Both the position numbers and the translations under genes were made by a program. Positions 49,106 to 59,784 of a DNA stretch of 64,000 nucleotides are shown piece by piece. Location: NCBI GenBank assembly GCA_973895155.1, contig OZ316895.1, forward strand, positions 11,086,184 to 11,150,183, written 5' to 3'. The stretch comes from Marsupella aquatica (Eukaryota > Plantae > Marchantiophyta). Each line of letters opens with the position of its first letter. Position 1 is the first letter of the stretch. The notes below the pieces were generated by a model that did no database searches, was not told the DNA's origin, and saw only the letters and a program-made list of their open reading frames with translations.

Positions 49106-51659
49106 ATGCTAGATCAACCGGAGTTCAGTGTGGCACGCATTCGGAGATACAAGGCTGCTTACCGTGACTACGTGGAGACTTTGATTTCAAGGGAGAGAGA
49201 AGAGAGAGAAGCTACGATGAGCACGGGATTGGCAGCAGGTTCCACGCCGGTGGGTAGGAGGATTTTTTGTCGAATTTATCCCAAGACCTCCGCCAAGGTG
49301 ATGGAGGATTGTCGGAATATTTTCCAAGCCACCGGGGTTACAGAATTCATGAAGGTGGAGATTACCATCCCCCCGGGGAAGAGCTGGGACATTGAGGCCG
49401 GGATGGAGTTACGAACGGAGGGAATCTACTTTGAATGTCTCAAACGTGTAGTGCCCCATGTAGAGTTGGCTAGGCTGCTATTTCTGGAGAATCAGAAATT
49501 CTCATTCACACCTCGGCACATCAGGGGAGAACTCACGTTGAAGATGGTGGCCACTTGGGTGATTAATCCCACCTCCACCACTGCCATCCCTCTTTCCGCT
49601 GTCAAGGATGTTGAGTATAAGGGATTCCTGGCCAAGGTTCATCAACGGGTCCTTGGCAACGTGCAATCAGGGGTGGTGAATGAAGAACATTTCGTGGTAG
49701 CTATGGACATCAAGAACCACCCAGCCCATGTGTACGGATGGTGGTACTACGGGTTGAAGAAGCTGTTGGCCGCTGACCTCGGGAGTGTGAAACCAGGTGG
49801 GGCTATACATTTGATGGGGTCATTTGTATTAGCCAGGGCAGAAGGGTTGATTGGTTCCCCGGGACAGGAAGACACGGAATCATCTCTCACCACGGAGATT
49901 CGGAGTATTGCCACTACCGTTATCGGGAAGCTCACGGAGGAATCATCGTCGACTGGTGGGGATGAAGATAGAGGAGAAGAAAACTAGGATGAGGACTACA
50001 CATTGGAGTGGCTTGAACCCTGGGCCCTAAGTGTTACTAATACAGGGAGGACGTGCGAACATCGCAAGGGTGTTTTTAATGTAATGCAAACTAATTTTTA
50101 TAATAGTTTTTAAAGTAGGCAACATCCCTGTATATATATTCAGCACAATATTAGTAATAAGGCTCTTATCAAATACATGTCAGATTAATCTTATGCAAGG
50201 GTACCCAAAATGCCAAGTACACATGTCACTATATGGTTGACACACATGTCATCACTTTACTTGCGCACATGTTCATATAGTAAATCAGATATTTAATTAT
50301 TTGTCGTCATAAGGCAAGTTTGGTTTCGTGGGCTTTAGGAACACTGAGAGGATAGTGCAGCCATGCTTGTCTGTATACTACAGGAAGAACTATAATTCTC
50401 TGGTACTAATTTTGTTTAACTATATAAAATATGTACCCTAAACAAAGGCGTAACATACAAGTCCCCTATGCAAAATAAAGTCTTATCTATTTCAGTATGA
50501 TATTTGCAATTTTAAAAATTCAAGGATGTTTTCAATTCCTTGAAAAACTATATTATAATTTACAAAAGGATAAAATTTAATAAGAAAAGTTAATATTTTT
50601 ACATTAACAAGGGGATTTTTTTTGTGAACAAAAATATTAAGAAGGGGTACATGGGGGGTGTCTGTTCTCAGGGGGGTTCACTTTATATAGTAAGAGTGAG
50701 GGCCCAGGGGGCTTGAATCACTCGTGGGAGATCCGAAAGAGCCCCTGGCCTACAACATTCCGGATGTTTACCTGGCAGAGCTACGGGATTTCAGAGAGGG
50801 AGTCCATGAGGGACTCAAGCTAGTCCACGCATTGAGAGATTCTCTCAAGCACACCACAGCCAGAGTAGAGACGTTAGAGCAGAGTACCCTGTCTCTGAAG
50901 GAGGTGATCAAGGCCAAGGAGGAGACCATTCATGAGAAGGTTAAGCTTCTCCAAGCAGCTCACGTAGAGATCTCCAACTTGAAGGGAGCCTTGTCCACCA
51001 AGGCCAAGGAAGCAGAAGAGGTGGGAGCATTGAGACAAGCATTGGCCAAAGAGAAGCAGAATTCTGGAGAAGTGGTGGAGTGGAGAAACCAGGTGGGAGC
51101 ACTACGGAGTCAGGTGGCCGCCTTTGAGACACGAGCAAAGAGGAGTGAGGCCTTGAGTCTGGGGAAACGGAAGAGCCCCGGCACTCCTAGCTCCACACTT
51201 TCTCCGGATTTGATCTCCCAGGCTATTGAGATGGTAGTGAAGGAGGTTAGTGGGAAGTATGGGCCCTTGTTGGATGGAGCCAAGAAGAGTCAGGAGAAGA
51301 GCAAGGGCTTGGAGAAGAAGCTCCGGGAGGTACAGAAATCATTACGGGAGGCTCAGGTCAGTACAGGGATGCCACCTAGGTCTGTCACCCCCGGGACTCC
51401 CATGGCCACAGGGCAAGTTCTACCGTTGGAGTTGCGGTCCGGAGAAGAGGCTACCCTATGGAAGGATACCATTGGTGAGGGGTACATTAAAGCGTGGCAG
51501 GCCTTGGCCAATTTGAGAAAGCAGGGGAGCACTAGCACAAGGAGTACCCCGGTAAAGAAGAAGAGAAGTGAAGTGGCACTCACTCCAGTGGAGAGTGATG
51601 AGGAGGCCCACTCACGGGGCTCAAGCCAGGGCACCGTGAGTGAAGAGGAGGAGGATTAG
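49106..51659 (+). pseudogene. 3'-LTR copy of the 617-aa gene, broken by CAG>TAG (49985) and the MITE
   Basis: Near-identical to 38032-39885 apart from these lesions. Confidence 0.9.
50018..50709 (+). mobile_element. 692-bp non-autonomous TIR element related to the 10.7-kb P-like transposon
   Basis: TIR CCCTGGGCCCT; TSD GGCTTGAA (50010-50017, 50710-50717); absent in the 5' LTR; both subterminal regions align with those of 12700-23423. Confidence 0.93.
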
Positions 51660-54600
51660 AGTGGTCGTACGGACGTGGTTGTACGGCCCCTGGACTTTCC
51701 AAATTTTTTGTGAGGGGTCACTCACGGGCTTGTTGGAAAGAGCTCGCGGAGCTGATTCCAACAAGAGGCGGCGCTCCTCAAACGGAGCCAGGATGAGCAG
51801 GTTATGGCCCGACGAAGTTGTGTTTATGGGATACAGAAACGGTCAGAACTTGGTCGTCCAATGTCCGTTTAGAGAGCGGTTGAGTGATTCGTGATCAAGA
51901 GGAGGAGAGCTATCCAGGGGTGAACTCAGAAGTGCAAGTGGAGGGGCGCCTAGTTTCGGCCATTGTGGGGTTCCTTGCAATTTCATGGTTCACGGAGTAA
52001 CGTTGGGGCACCGTCGAAGGCACCGTCGGCCCCATTGTTAGTTTAGGGTTTAGGGTTTTTAGACGCATGTGTGTGCCGCATGGTTTTAGTTTAGGGGTTT
52101 CTTAGTGAAGGGTTTAGCGGCGCCGCTAGGGTAAGCCGCCATCATTGTGGCCCCGTGAGGGGTGCTTTGGTGTGTTTTTTGGTATTTAGGGGGAGAGCCC
52201 CAGAGTAGTGGGGGGGAACTCAGCGTAGTACTTGGATGCTTTGGAGTAGCTTTTGTGAGTAGCGCACCGATTAGGAGAAGTTCAAGCCAGAGTAGTGAGG
52301 TGGAGAACGTAGCACTTGTCCCCGGGAGGCAGGAGTTGGGCAGACGGCAGGAGGCCGGGTTGCCCTTGCATGTGTTACGAGAAACACCAAGAGATATGGA
52401 TTTGGCTTGAGGTTCCAATATTTTGTGTGTCACTTGTGGTTGCTTGTGTTGTTTGTTTTCCTCCCCTAGTGCGTGTGGTCGGTGTCGTTGTGGAAACATT
52501 TGCCCTTGTCACTAGTGTTCAAATCTTATTGTAAATGTTGGTATGCTTGCCCAAGAGAGGAGGGGGGTGGTGACAGCACTCACCCGGTGGGCATGAGTTG
52601 TAGATGGTAGGACCAGTCCCTTGGACTTGATCAAAAACGGAGAGACCAGTCGGTAGACTTGATCAAAAAATACACTTCCGGGAGCGGAATCAAACATACT
52701 CATACTTAGGTGTGGAAATCCTCCAAATAGCGTCCCTCCACGACCCCGTAATACGATACCAACGGTTTAAGCAAGGAAAAGTATGGTTTGCACGTATTAA
52801 TCGTTGGACAGGCAAGTGACATTGTCCGTATGAAGTCAGCCGCTCCATACAGACTAGGTTGGTGCATGACCCTTGCTTGTATCCGTTGTCTATCTTACCC
52901 TTGGGTTTGAAGTGCCGGGGTGTATACTCCTTATCCCAAATTTGGAGTTCAACCGACACCGGCCCAGCTGGCAGACAAAAGATCTATGCCAACTGATGCT
53001 CCGTAAGTGATAAGGTCTGCCCTGAAACCTTGGTGGTCGTTACGTTAGTGTCAAAGTTGGAGATGAACTCATAAACCTCCTTTGGCCTAGCTGCGCTAGG
53101 TCTCCATAGCAAGTGAGCAAACTGCTCCAACTAATGCTCCTTGAGATAGTCCGCATGGTCGGGTTTCTTGATCGCCGTCTAGACTACCTCGAGGATGCGG
53201 ATTACCTATAATAAGTTAGGCTGTTGATTATCCGAGGGCCGTTGTCGTGCCGAAAGATTTTGGCTCAGGAATGGCTTTTATAGGGGATGATGGATGAGGC
53301 CTCCCGGTTGGGTTGCGTGCATGCTGACTCGGAGGGGCTACTTGGTTGGATGGATTGAGGTTTGGTGATTGGGTGACTCGTCGTCACCAGGTTTGGTGTT
53401 TGGGTGAGTCACCAGGCTTGGAGTTTGGATGAGCCTCACTGATGGCAGCTGGCTCAGGCTAGATGGTTGGGTTTCCGATGCTACTTAAGACTTGAGCCTT
53501 GGCTCATTGAGGTTGGCGGTTATCTATTGAGATCTGTTGAGTTTCATTCTGTGAGTTTCGCTCCGTTCTGTGAAACTCAACTGTTGTGCGGCGATTTTGG
53601 AGTTCTGTGCGAGTGTTGGATCCAGGTGTGGAGTTTTCAATCCAGGCAGGGATTTCTCGAGTTTGGAGCCTCGTTGGTCCAGGCCCAAGTTTTGTGAGAG
53701 TTGTTTTAGACTAGTGGAGTAGCTAGTCAAGTTTTGGTTTTGTGAGCTAAGGAGGAGAGTTTTTCCGTCAGATTTTGAGTAGATAGTCACTCGAGGAGTT
53801 CAGCTCAACAAGTTAGAGGTAGCGGCCCACCGTAGGGCCAGCTACCAGTCTCTTGCAAGCAAGCTTACTCGAGGACACCCATTCTAACCTTTGTGAGAAA
53901 AGTAAAAAAAATAAAGGAGTGAGAGTTTGCTCCGAAAAGTGCTTGTTGCCTATCCCAATTGCAGCTAGAAATGTGGAGTTTGTCCTCGCGACACCGCCGG
54001 GTCTAGTTGGTCGGTGGGTTGGCCGGGGCAGGTGTAGGGGCGGCGTTGGTTTGCGCTGTTGATGCGGGGGCCGGCGTCATCTTTGCCCGCTTCCGAGAAC
54101 GTTGCTCAAGCTGCGGACTAACACGCTCGAAACCCGAGGAACACTCGGTGTTGTTCATGGGACGGACTTGGGACCGGTTTGGTGGTACGCCGGTGGTCAT
54201 CGGCTGAGGGGCTGGGGGTGGTGTCGGGGTAGCCATATCCCAATTGAAGGCGTTGGAGCTTTCCCCAAGGAACGTAAGATTGCGCACCGCTTCCTGTTAT
54301 CTACTGATGTCTTCTTGGCACTTTTTGGCTACGATTTGCTGGTCGAGGTAATCCGGGATCTTGTCAAACTCCGCTTGAGTCAGCCGCTGGCTGCCCTTCA
54401 GCCTAAAGAACTTTGCTGGGACTTCAAAAATTGCCTCTACTACCGATCTAAGCCCCTCCTCGCTGATATATAACTCGGTGATGTAGTCCCGCAGCTCGTT
54501 GTAGCTGGAATCCTTTGTGATGGTTGTCTTCTCACAGTTAACGTGTGCTACCTTAGCCACCAACTTCGCGTACCTTTGTTCACGGTAAGCGGCTTTCTCG

Positions 54601-55241
54601 GGGCAAGAATACCAATAAGTCTTGGAGAACTTAGCACCTACCTCGCCAAACAAGGTCCAAAATCCCAAGGCTATAAGGGTCATACTAACCTTTGTAGTCT
54701 AGTTTGTTGAGTCCGCGTCCCCGCTCAACAGTTTTGCTTGCTGGTGGAGGCTTCACTCGCCCTGACTAAATCCCGCCACAATCCGCTCTTACCCTTCGAT
54801 AATTTCCTTGTAAAAGTTAGCTTGATTCGAGAAAAAGGCAAGAGGGAATGGCAGCAATCGCGAATTCTGAAAGGTATGAATGAGCAAATGGGCCGCGGCG
54901 CCATTGACTCAGCTCTTATGGAGGTGCCAGGGTGAGCCCGAGCGTGAGAGGGCAAGGCCATTTTGGTCGTTGATAATGACCCAAAGTTGGGTGTCTCGTT
55001 CCAAGCGTGATCCCCTAACGGAGTTTTACTCCGTCGCCGCCACCGTACCTTGGTCGATCGTAATAATCCCCTTTCCTTAATTTGTAATTATTTAGTCAAC
55101 TAACCTACTCCTAATCTATTCATAATGGCAAGGATGGCTATTCATGCTACTCTACGCTATGGCTACGGTCCTAATGACCGTATAAGTCCTAATCTAGGAC
55201 CTGCGTTAGGTTAAGTGACACATTAACCGTGTCACATCCAC

Positions 55242-57434
55242 CAACACGACAATGCAAAAGAAGCAGTCCGTAGGATATCACAACTAACAAAGATTGTGGA
55301 GCAAATGCCAGATGCATTTACAGACATTGCACAGGTGACCAGATCACATATCCCTGCCGCAAATGCTCCCGCACGTCTACAAGAATCCACACAACTGGCC
55401 ACGGACCAATCACCAAGAGCAAAACATGGACGTCCTTTGGGATCTAAAGATACCCAACCAAGGCAAAGAAAAACAACCACAACAATATCACCTATAATAC
55501 CAGAAGTGATACCTACACCAAGTCCTGTGGAAATCCTAGAAAATGAAGAAATCTCAATTCACTACATGAACACTAGGACCATCTGGAACAAAAACAATAT
55601 TGCCATGGATGACAACTTTGCCTACCATATTTCCCAAAATATCACGGATACACAACCTGACCCTAAAACAATCAACGAGGCACAAAATGCCTAGATTGGT
55701 CAGAATGGGAAAAAGCAATTAACTCATAATTGGATTCACTAATTAAACGCCAAGTGTTCGGACCTATTGTCCTAGCACCAACAGATACCCACTTAACGGA
55801 TTATAAATGGACATTCGTGAAAAACATAAACGCACAATGCCAAGTTGCAAGACATAAGGCACGCCTTGTCGCGAATAGATACACGCAAATACCTAGGCGT
55901 GACTTTGACTTGACATATGCACCAGTGATGGATGCAATAACCTATCGATACCTAGTTGGCTGTTCCCTAGGTCATCAACTAAAGATGAATCAAATGGATG
56001 TCGTCACAGCATATTTATATGGATTACTGGATACAACCATATACATGAAAGCACCCCCAGAATTAATAAAATGACACACATATCATATTCAGGGGGAGCA
56101 TAAGACAAAGCAAAACCCATCCACATCTCTACCTTATACCACAAAAAGACCCCAGGAAGGGAAAACAGGGCATGGTGGACCTATAATCCATCAAACACCA
56201 TGTAGTGGACCTATTGCCCTTCGTAAGAGTGGACCTATTGTCCCTCCAATACATAAATCCATGCCTTTGGCCAAGGATGGATATGTTGTCCAGATCATGA
56301 GATCTTTATATGGACTAAAGCAAAGCGAAAGAATGTGGTATTAGAGATTTAAAGATGAAATGTTGAATATGGGTTTTACTAATGAAAATATTGCTCCTTG
56401 CTTATTCATTAAAAAACATGATGAGGAATTTTTAATAATTGCCGTCTATGTAGATGACATTAACTTATTTGGACACCTCAACTTATTACAACACACCATT
56501 AAGATACTAAACCGAGTATTTGAGATGAAATACTTAGGCCAAACCCACTATTGTTTGGGCCTACAATTTGAACACCTACTTGATGGTATACTTTTACATC
56601 AGAGCACCTACACCACCAAAATCCTCAAACAATTCAACATGGACAAGGCACATCCTCTAACTTCTCCTATGGAAGTATGATCTCTAGATAGAGAAAAGGA
56701 TGCATTCAGGAAGAGAAATGAAAATGAACCACTACTTGGTCCTGAAAAACCATACTTATCAGCAATAGGAGCGCTCATGTTTCTAGCCAACCAGACATGA
56801 CCAGACATTTCCTTTGCAGTAAACCTACTAGCCAGATACACTGCACAACCTACCATACGCCACTGGAATGGCATAAAAAGAATAATGTGCTACCTTCAAG
56901 GAACTATTGATATGGGACTATATTTCCCTAATAACACTAATAAGACCTTAACAAGATACGCAGACGCTGGATATTTATCAGACCCAAACGACGCTAAATC
57001 ATAGACTGGGTACGTATTTCTATATGGTACTACAACCATTTCCTGGAAAAACACTAACATGCACTTCATCTAACCACGCCAAGATTATTGCATTATATGA
57101 AGCTAGCAGAGAGTGTATTTGGCTAAGAAGAGTAATCGACCATATTAATACAAATTGCGGCTTACCAACACTAACCGGATTTACTACACTATTCAAAGAC
57201 AATCAAGCATGTGTTGAACAGGTCTCAAAAGGATTCATCAAAGGAGATCGCATCAAGCATATCGCACCAAAATTCTTCTTCACCCACAAACAACAAGGAG
57301 ACACCATTCAAGTGAAGACGATTACGAGCAAAGACAACCATGCAGATTTATTCACAAAAGCCTTGACTCCGGCATTACATACTATTCATTGTCAAGGCAT
57401 AGGCTTACGCAGACTATCAAAACTCAGAGATTAA
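55242..57434 (+). pseudogene. Bianca-like integrase tail, reverse transcriptase and RNase H (degenerate)
   Basis: KARLVA, QMDVVTAYLYG, SLYGLKQ, IAVYVDDINL, RYADAGYLSD, KHIAPKFFFTH, ADLFTKAL; multiple stops. Confidence 0.9.
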
Positions 57435-57637
57435 AAATAATATTTAACTCTAAATAGCCATAAACTTTTGTACTCTTATTTGTAAAGGTGGTTGTACTTT
57501 TCCCTTGCAGGAGTATGAGAGAGTTTTAATGAGATAACATCTCCATAAGAACAAAGTACAAAATCTAAGACTTTTGTTGGAGGACTTAACTAGTATAGAG
57601 TTGCTTGCATTACTTCCATAATACAATCAAGGGCAAG

Positions 57638-57769
57638 TGTTAGAATACCATAGTTAAGTCACTAGGGTCACTTACCTAACCCTAGTTAGGAACCTTGTAA
57701 CCCTTCATACTATATATAAACATCACCCGAGGGAGAAGGTGTGATTCAGTTGGAGATTATAATCTAACA
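57638..57769 (+). repeat. Putative short (132 bp) 3' LTR of the Bianca-like element
   Basis: Purine run AAGGGCAAG precedes TGTTAGA...TCTAACA inverted termini; internal TATATAAA; no second copy in the window. Confidence 0.65.
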
Positions 57770-59713
57770 ATTTCAATAAAAAGTGAATAGTAAACAAAAG
57801 AAAGAGCAATAATTGGAAACCGTCACTAAATCACCTTTTAATTGAAAAGAAGGAAAGAATGATTTTTTTAAATACTACTTTTTATACATTAATAACACAA
57901 CTTTAGCAATCTACATAGAAAATAAAGTTCTCTTGCATGAAACCTATGGGTAAGCCTCCATAACCTTGACGGAGCATACCTCATTTAGCAAGAAAAATCT
58001 CAAATGTCCTAATCAAATAAAAGCTTGAATGCTACTAGAATTATTGATAACACAACATTCTATGGCATGTCTTGGGCCAAACCCTCCACTAAATATGTAT
58101 TTTAGTGGTACTTGTCACATTTTGCTCTATCTAAGATAGCCCTGGAAGGCAGTATCCGCAAATTGTTGGAGTAAGTGCTACGTACTTTGATGTTTTGCTA
58201 AAAAATCATTGCGCACAAAGGTCCAAAACATAATTTTTGCCATAATAGAAGAATGGGGAATATAAAATGAGCGAATGGGCTTTGAGGCAACACAAACATT
58301 CAGATTCTTTGCTCACTTCAAGTGTTTGAATTCAATGGCAGTAGAGTATATTGGTATAAAGTTTAGTTTGATACTCTGATGGGGCCCCTGACCATATTGC
58401 CCATTTACTTCCACCATATCTTTCAGCTTACTCTGACCACATAAGTTTAGGTCCCCAAAACCCCTTAAAAAAATGGTGGCCCCAATCCTTTGGACATAAA
58501 TCACTCAACACTTGGGAAAATGTGAGGTGACAGAGCTCTGTACACAAAATACTTAACTTTTGGGAACATTGGAGGTCACAACCTTTGCACAGACAATAGT
58601 TGGACACTTATATATCTACAACGTCCTAAATGCTCGAAGCTTAGAAAAGCTTGACACCCGAAGCTCACTGAGGTCACAGTCCTTCGCACCCAAAATATTT
58701 GACGATTGAAAATCTTGACTTGATCAACAACTAGCCTGATTAGATATAGATGATACAAAATTTGCAACAATTTATTATTATTATCATTCTCAATTTGTCT
58801 TTGCCTTCAAAAGAAACTGTTATTATTTTCATTTTGTCTTTGCTCTCCTATGTGCATGCACTTTAAATTATTTTCAATTGTCAAAGGTCTACAGACTTCA
58901 CTCTAGATTGTAGAGTTGGTTTCCATGACACTAGATGGCTGATTGCCTGATTACAACAGGCGGCATCTACGAGTGGGACCCAAAGTTATCATTTACGAGC
59001 CTTGACTCAAGGATTCTACTAATAAATGAGTTTAGAAAGACGACGCCGGCAGCATCATTCTAGACTTCCAATTGTGCCAACTCAAGCGGACATAACAAAA
59101 GAGTTCTGAAAAGGCGCTGGCAGCATCTAGTGATTGGACTGAAGGGTACGTCATAATAAATGACTTTTGAGGTAGCATGTAAGAGTGGGACCCATCAATC
59201 AGGCTTGTAGTGTTGCAAAGATATGATGAGAGAAAAAATGGCAAGGTGAAAACATCAAAATACTTGTTTTGTCTTCTTTGGATTAGGGAGATTTTTGTTT
59301 GAATAATGAAAGGTCACCATAAAAGAAAGTATAAATTCAATGGTCAGAAAATGTTCCTTCCAAAAGTGAGTTTTACAAAAGTGAATTTGTAAAAGGACAA
59401 TACATCACTTTTGGCTGGATAGAGTATTATAGTAATAGATATGAGACTACTAAGGAACCTACTTTTTATATTCTTGAGATATGTAGTCACACATTTATTA
59501 GTGTGTGTGAGACTAAGAAGGGAGACTAAATAAATGATGATGAACAGTGATTGGAACGAAGAGACGACGCCTGATATATATATTATTATTATTATTATTT
59601 TGAAACTCCTTTATATATGGGAACCAATAATAGATTGGAACGAAGAGACCTAGAATGTAGCCTGATACTTCGACCACAAACAAAACTGATTCCACTTCGT
59701 ACAAACAAACTCC

Positions 59714-59784
59714 GCTTGAAATCCTGGGAATGCTTGAAATGCTTGAAATCCTGGGAATGCTTGAAATGCTGGGAATGCTTGAAA
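59714..59784 (+). repeat. 9-bp-unit minisatellite (GCTTGAAAT / CCTGGGAAT)
   Basis: About 8 mixed 9-mers in tandem. Confidence 0.8.

Larger units (their letters stand above)
36560..52821 (+). mobile_element. Full-length, young non-chromoviral Ty3/Gypsy retrotransposon (Athila/Phygy-related) with 4.5-kb LTRs (element C)
   Basis: TSD TTGTC (36555-36559, 52822-52826); near-identical LTRs; PBS, gag-pol in PR-RT-RH-INT order, PPT. Confidence 0.95.
47634..52821 (+). repeat. 3' LTR of element C (5188 bp including a 692-bp MITE and its TSD)
   Basis: Direct repeat of 36560-41048; preceded by PPT. Confidence 0.95.
35900..53790 (-). pseudogene. Second, convergent paralog of the LTR gene (pieces ~52827-53790 and ~35900-36559), split by the Gypsy insertion
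   Basis: LEQFAHLLW...EFISNFD...IFCLPAG...IDNGY and HMIEPRSEIS...IGGRTYLGSHITIILAWY match A's MMEPRGEIS...IGGKAYFASHIEIILEWY. Confidence 0.75.
32577..53993 (+). mobile_element. LTR-like unit D (~5.15 kb net) nested in B, carrying two convergent paralogous genes; right boundary uncertain
   Basis: Starts TGTGAT with a terminal hairpin exactly where the B reading frame breaks; candidate end CGCGACA at 53993; flanks GTTTG / CCGCC do not match. Confidence 0.55.
30936..55236 (-). mobile_element. Solo-LTR-like unit B (remnants 30936-32576 and ~53994-55236) of the same lineage, inserted in the Bianca integrase
   Basis: TSD TCCAC (30931-30935, 55237-55241); minus strand begins TGTGAC and ends in degenerate CGCGATA; ORF pieces 54297-54683 (IALGFWTLF...FDKIP) and 32019-32570 (coiled coil) resemble the A gene. 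Confidence 0.78.
2165..57769 (+). mobile_element. Decayed Ty1/Copia retrotransposon, Bianca-like; outermost host of the nest (pieces ~2165-4493, 10095-10321, 29392-30935, 55242-57769); 5' LTR not found, left boundary approximate
   Basis: Gag-PR-INT-RT-RH reads continue across each insertion once TSDs are removed (e.g. zinc knuckle CF*CGTKGHPHKLC|RIPAHLAELYQQS; WNDP|PTRQC); Bianca-typical motifs NYLSWTLD...FIRHHL...LKERYDH, VTRSHIPAANAPAR, GRPLGSKD. Confidence 0.88.
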
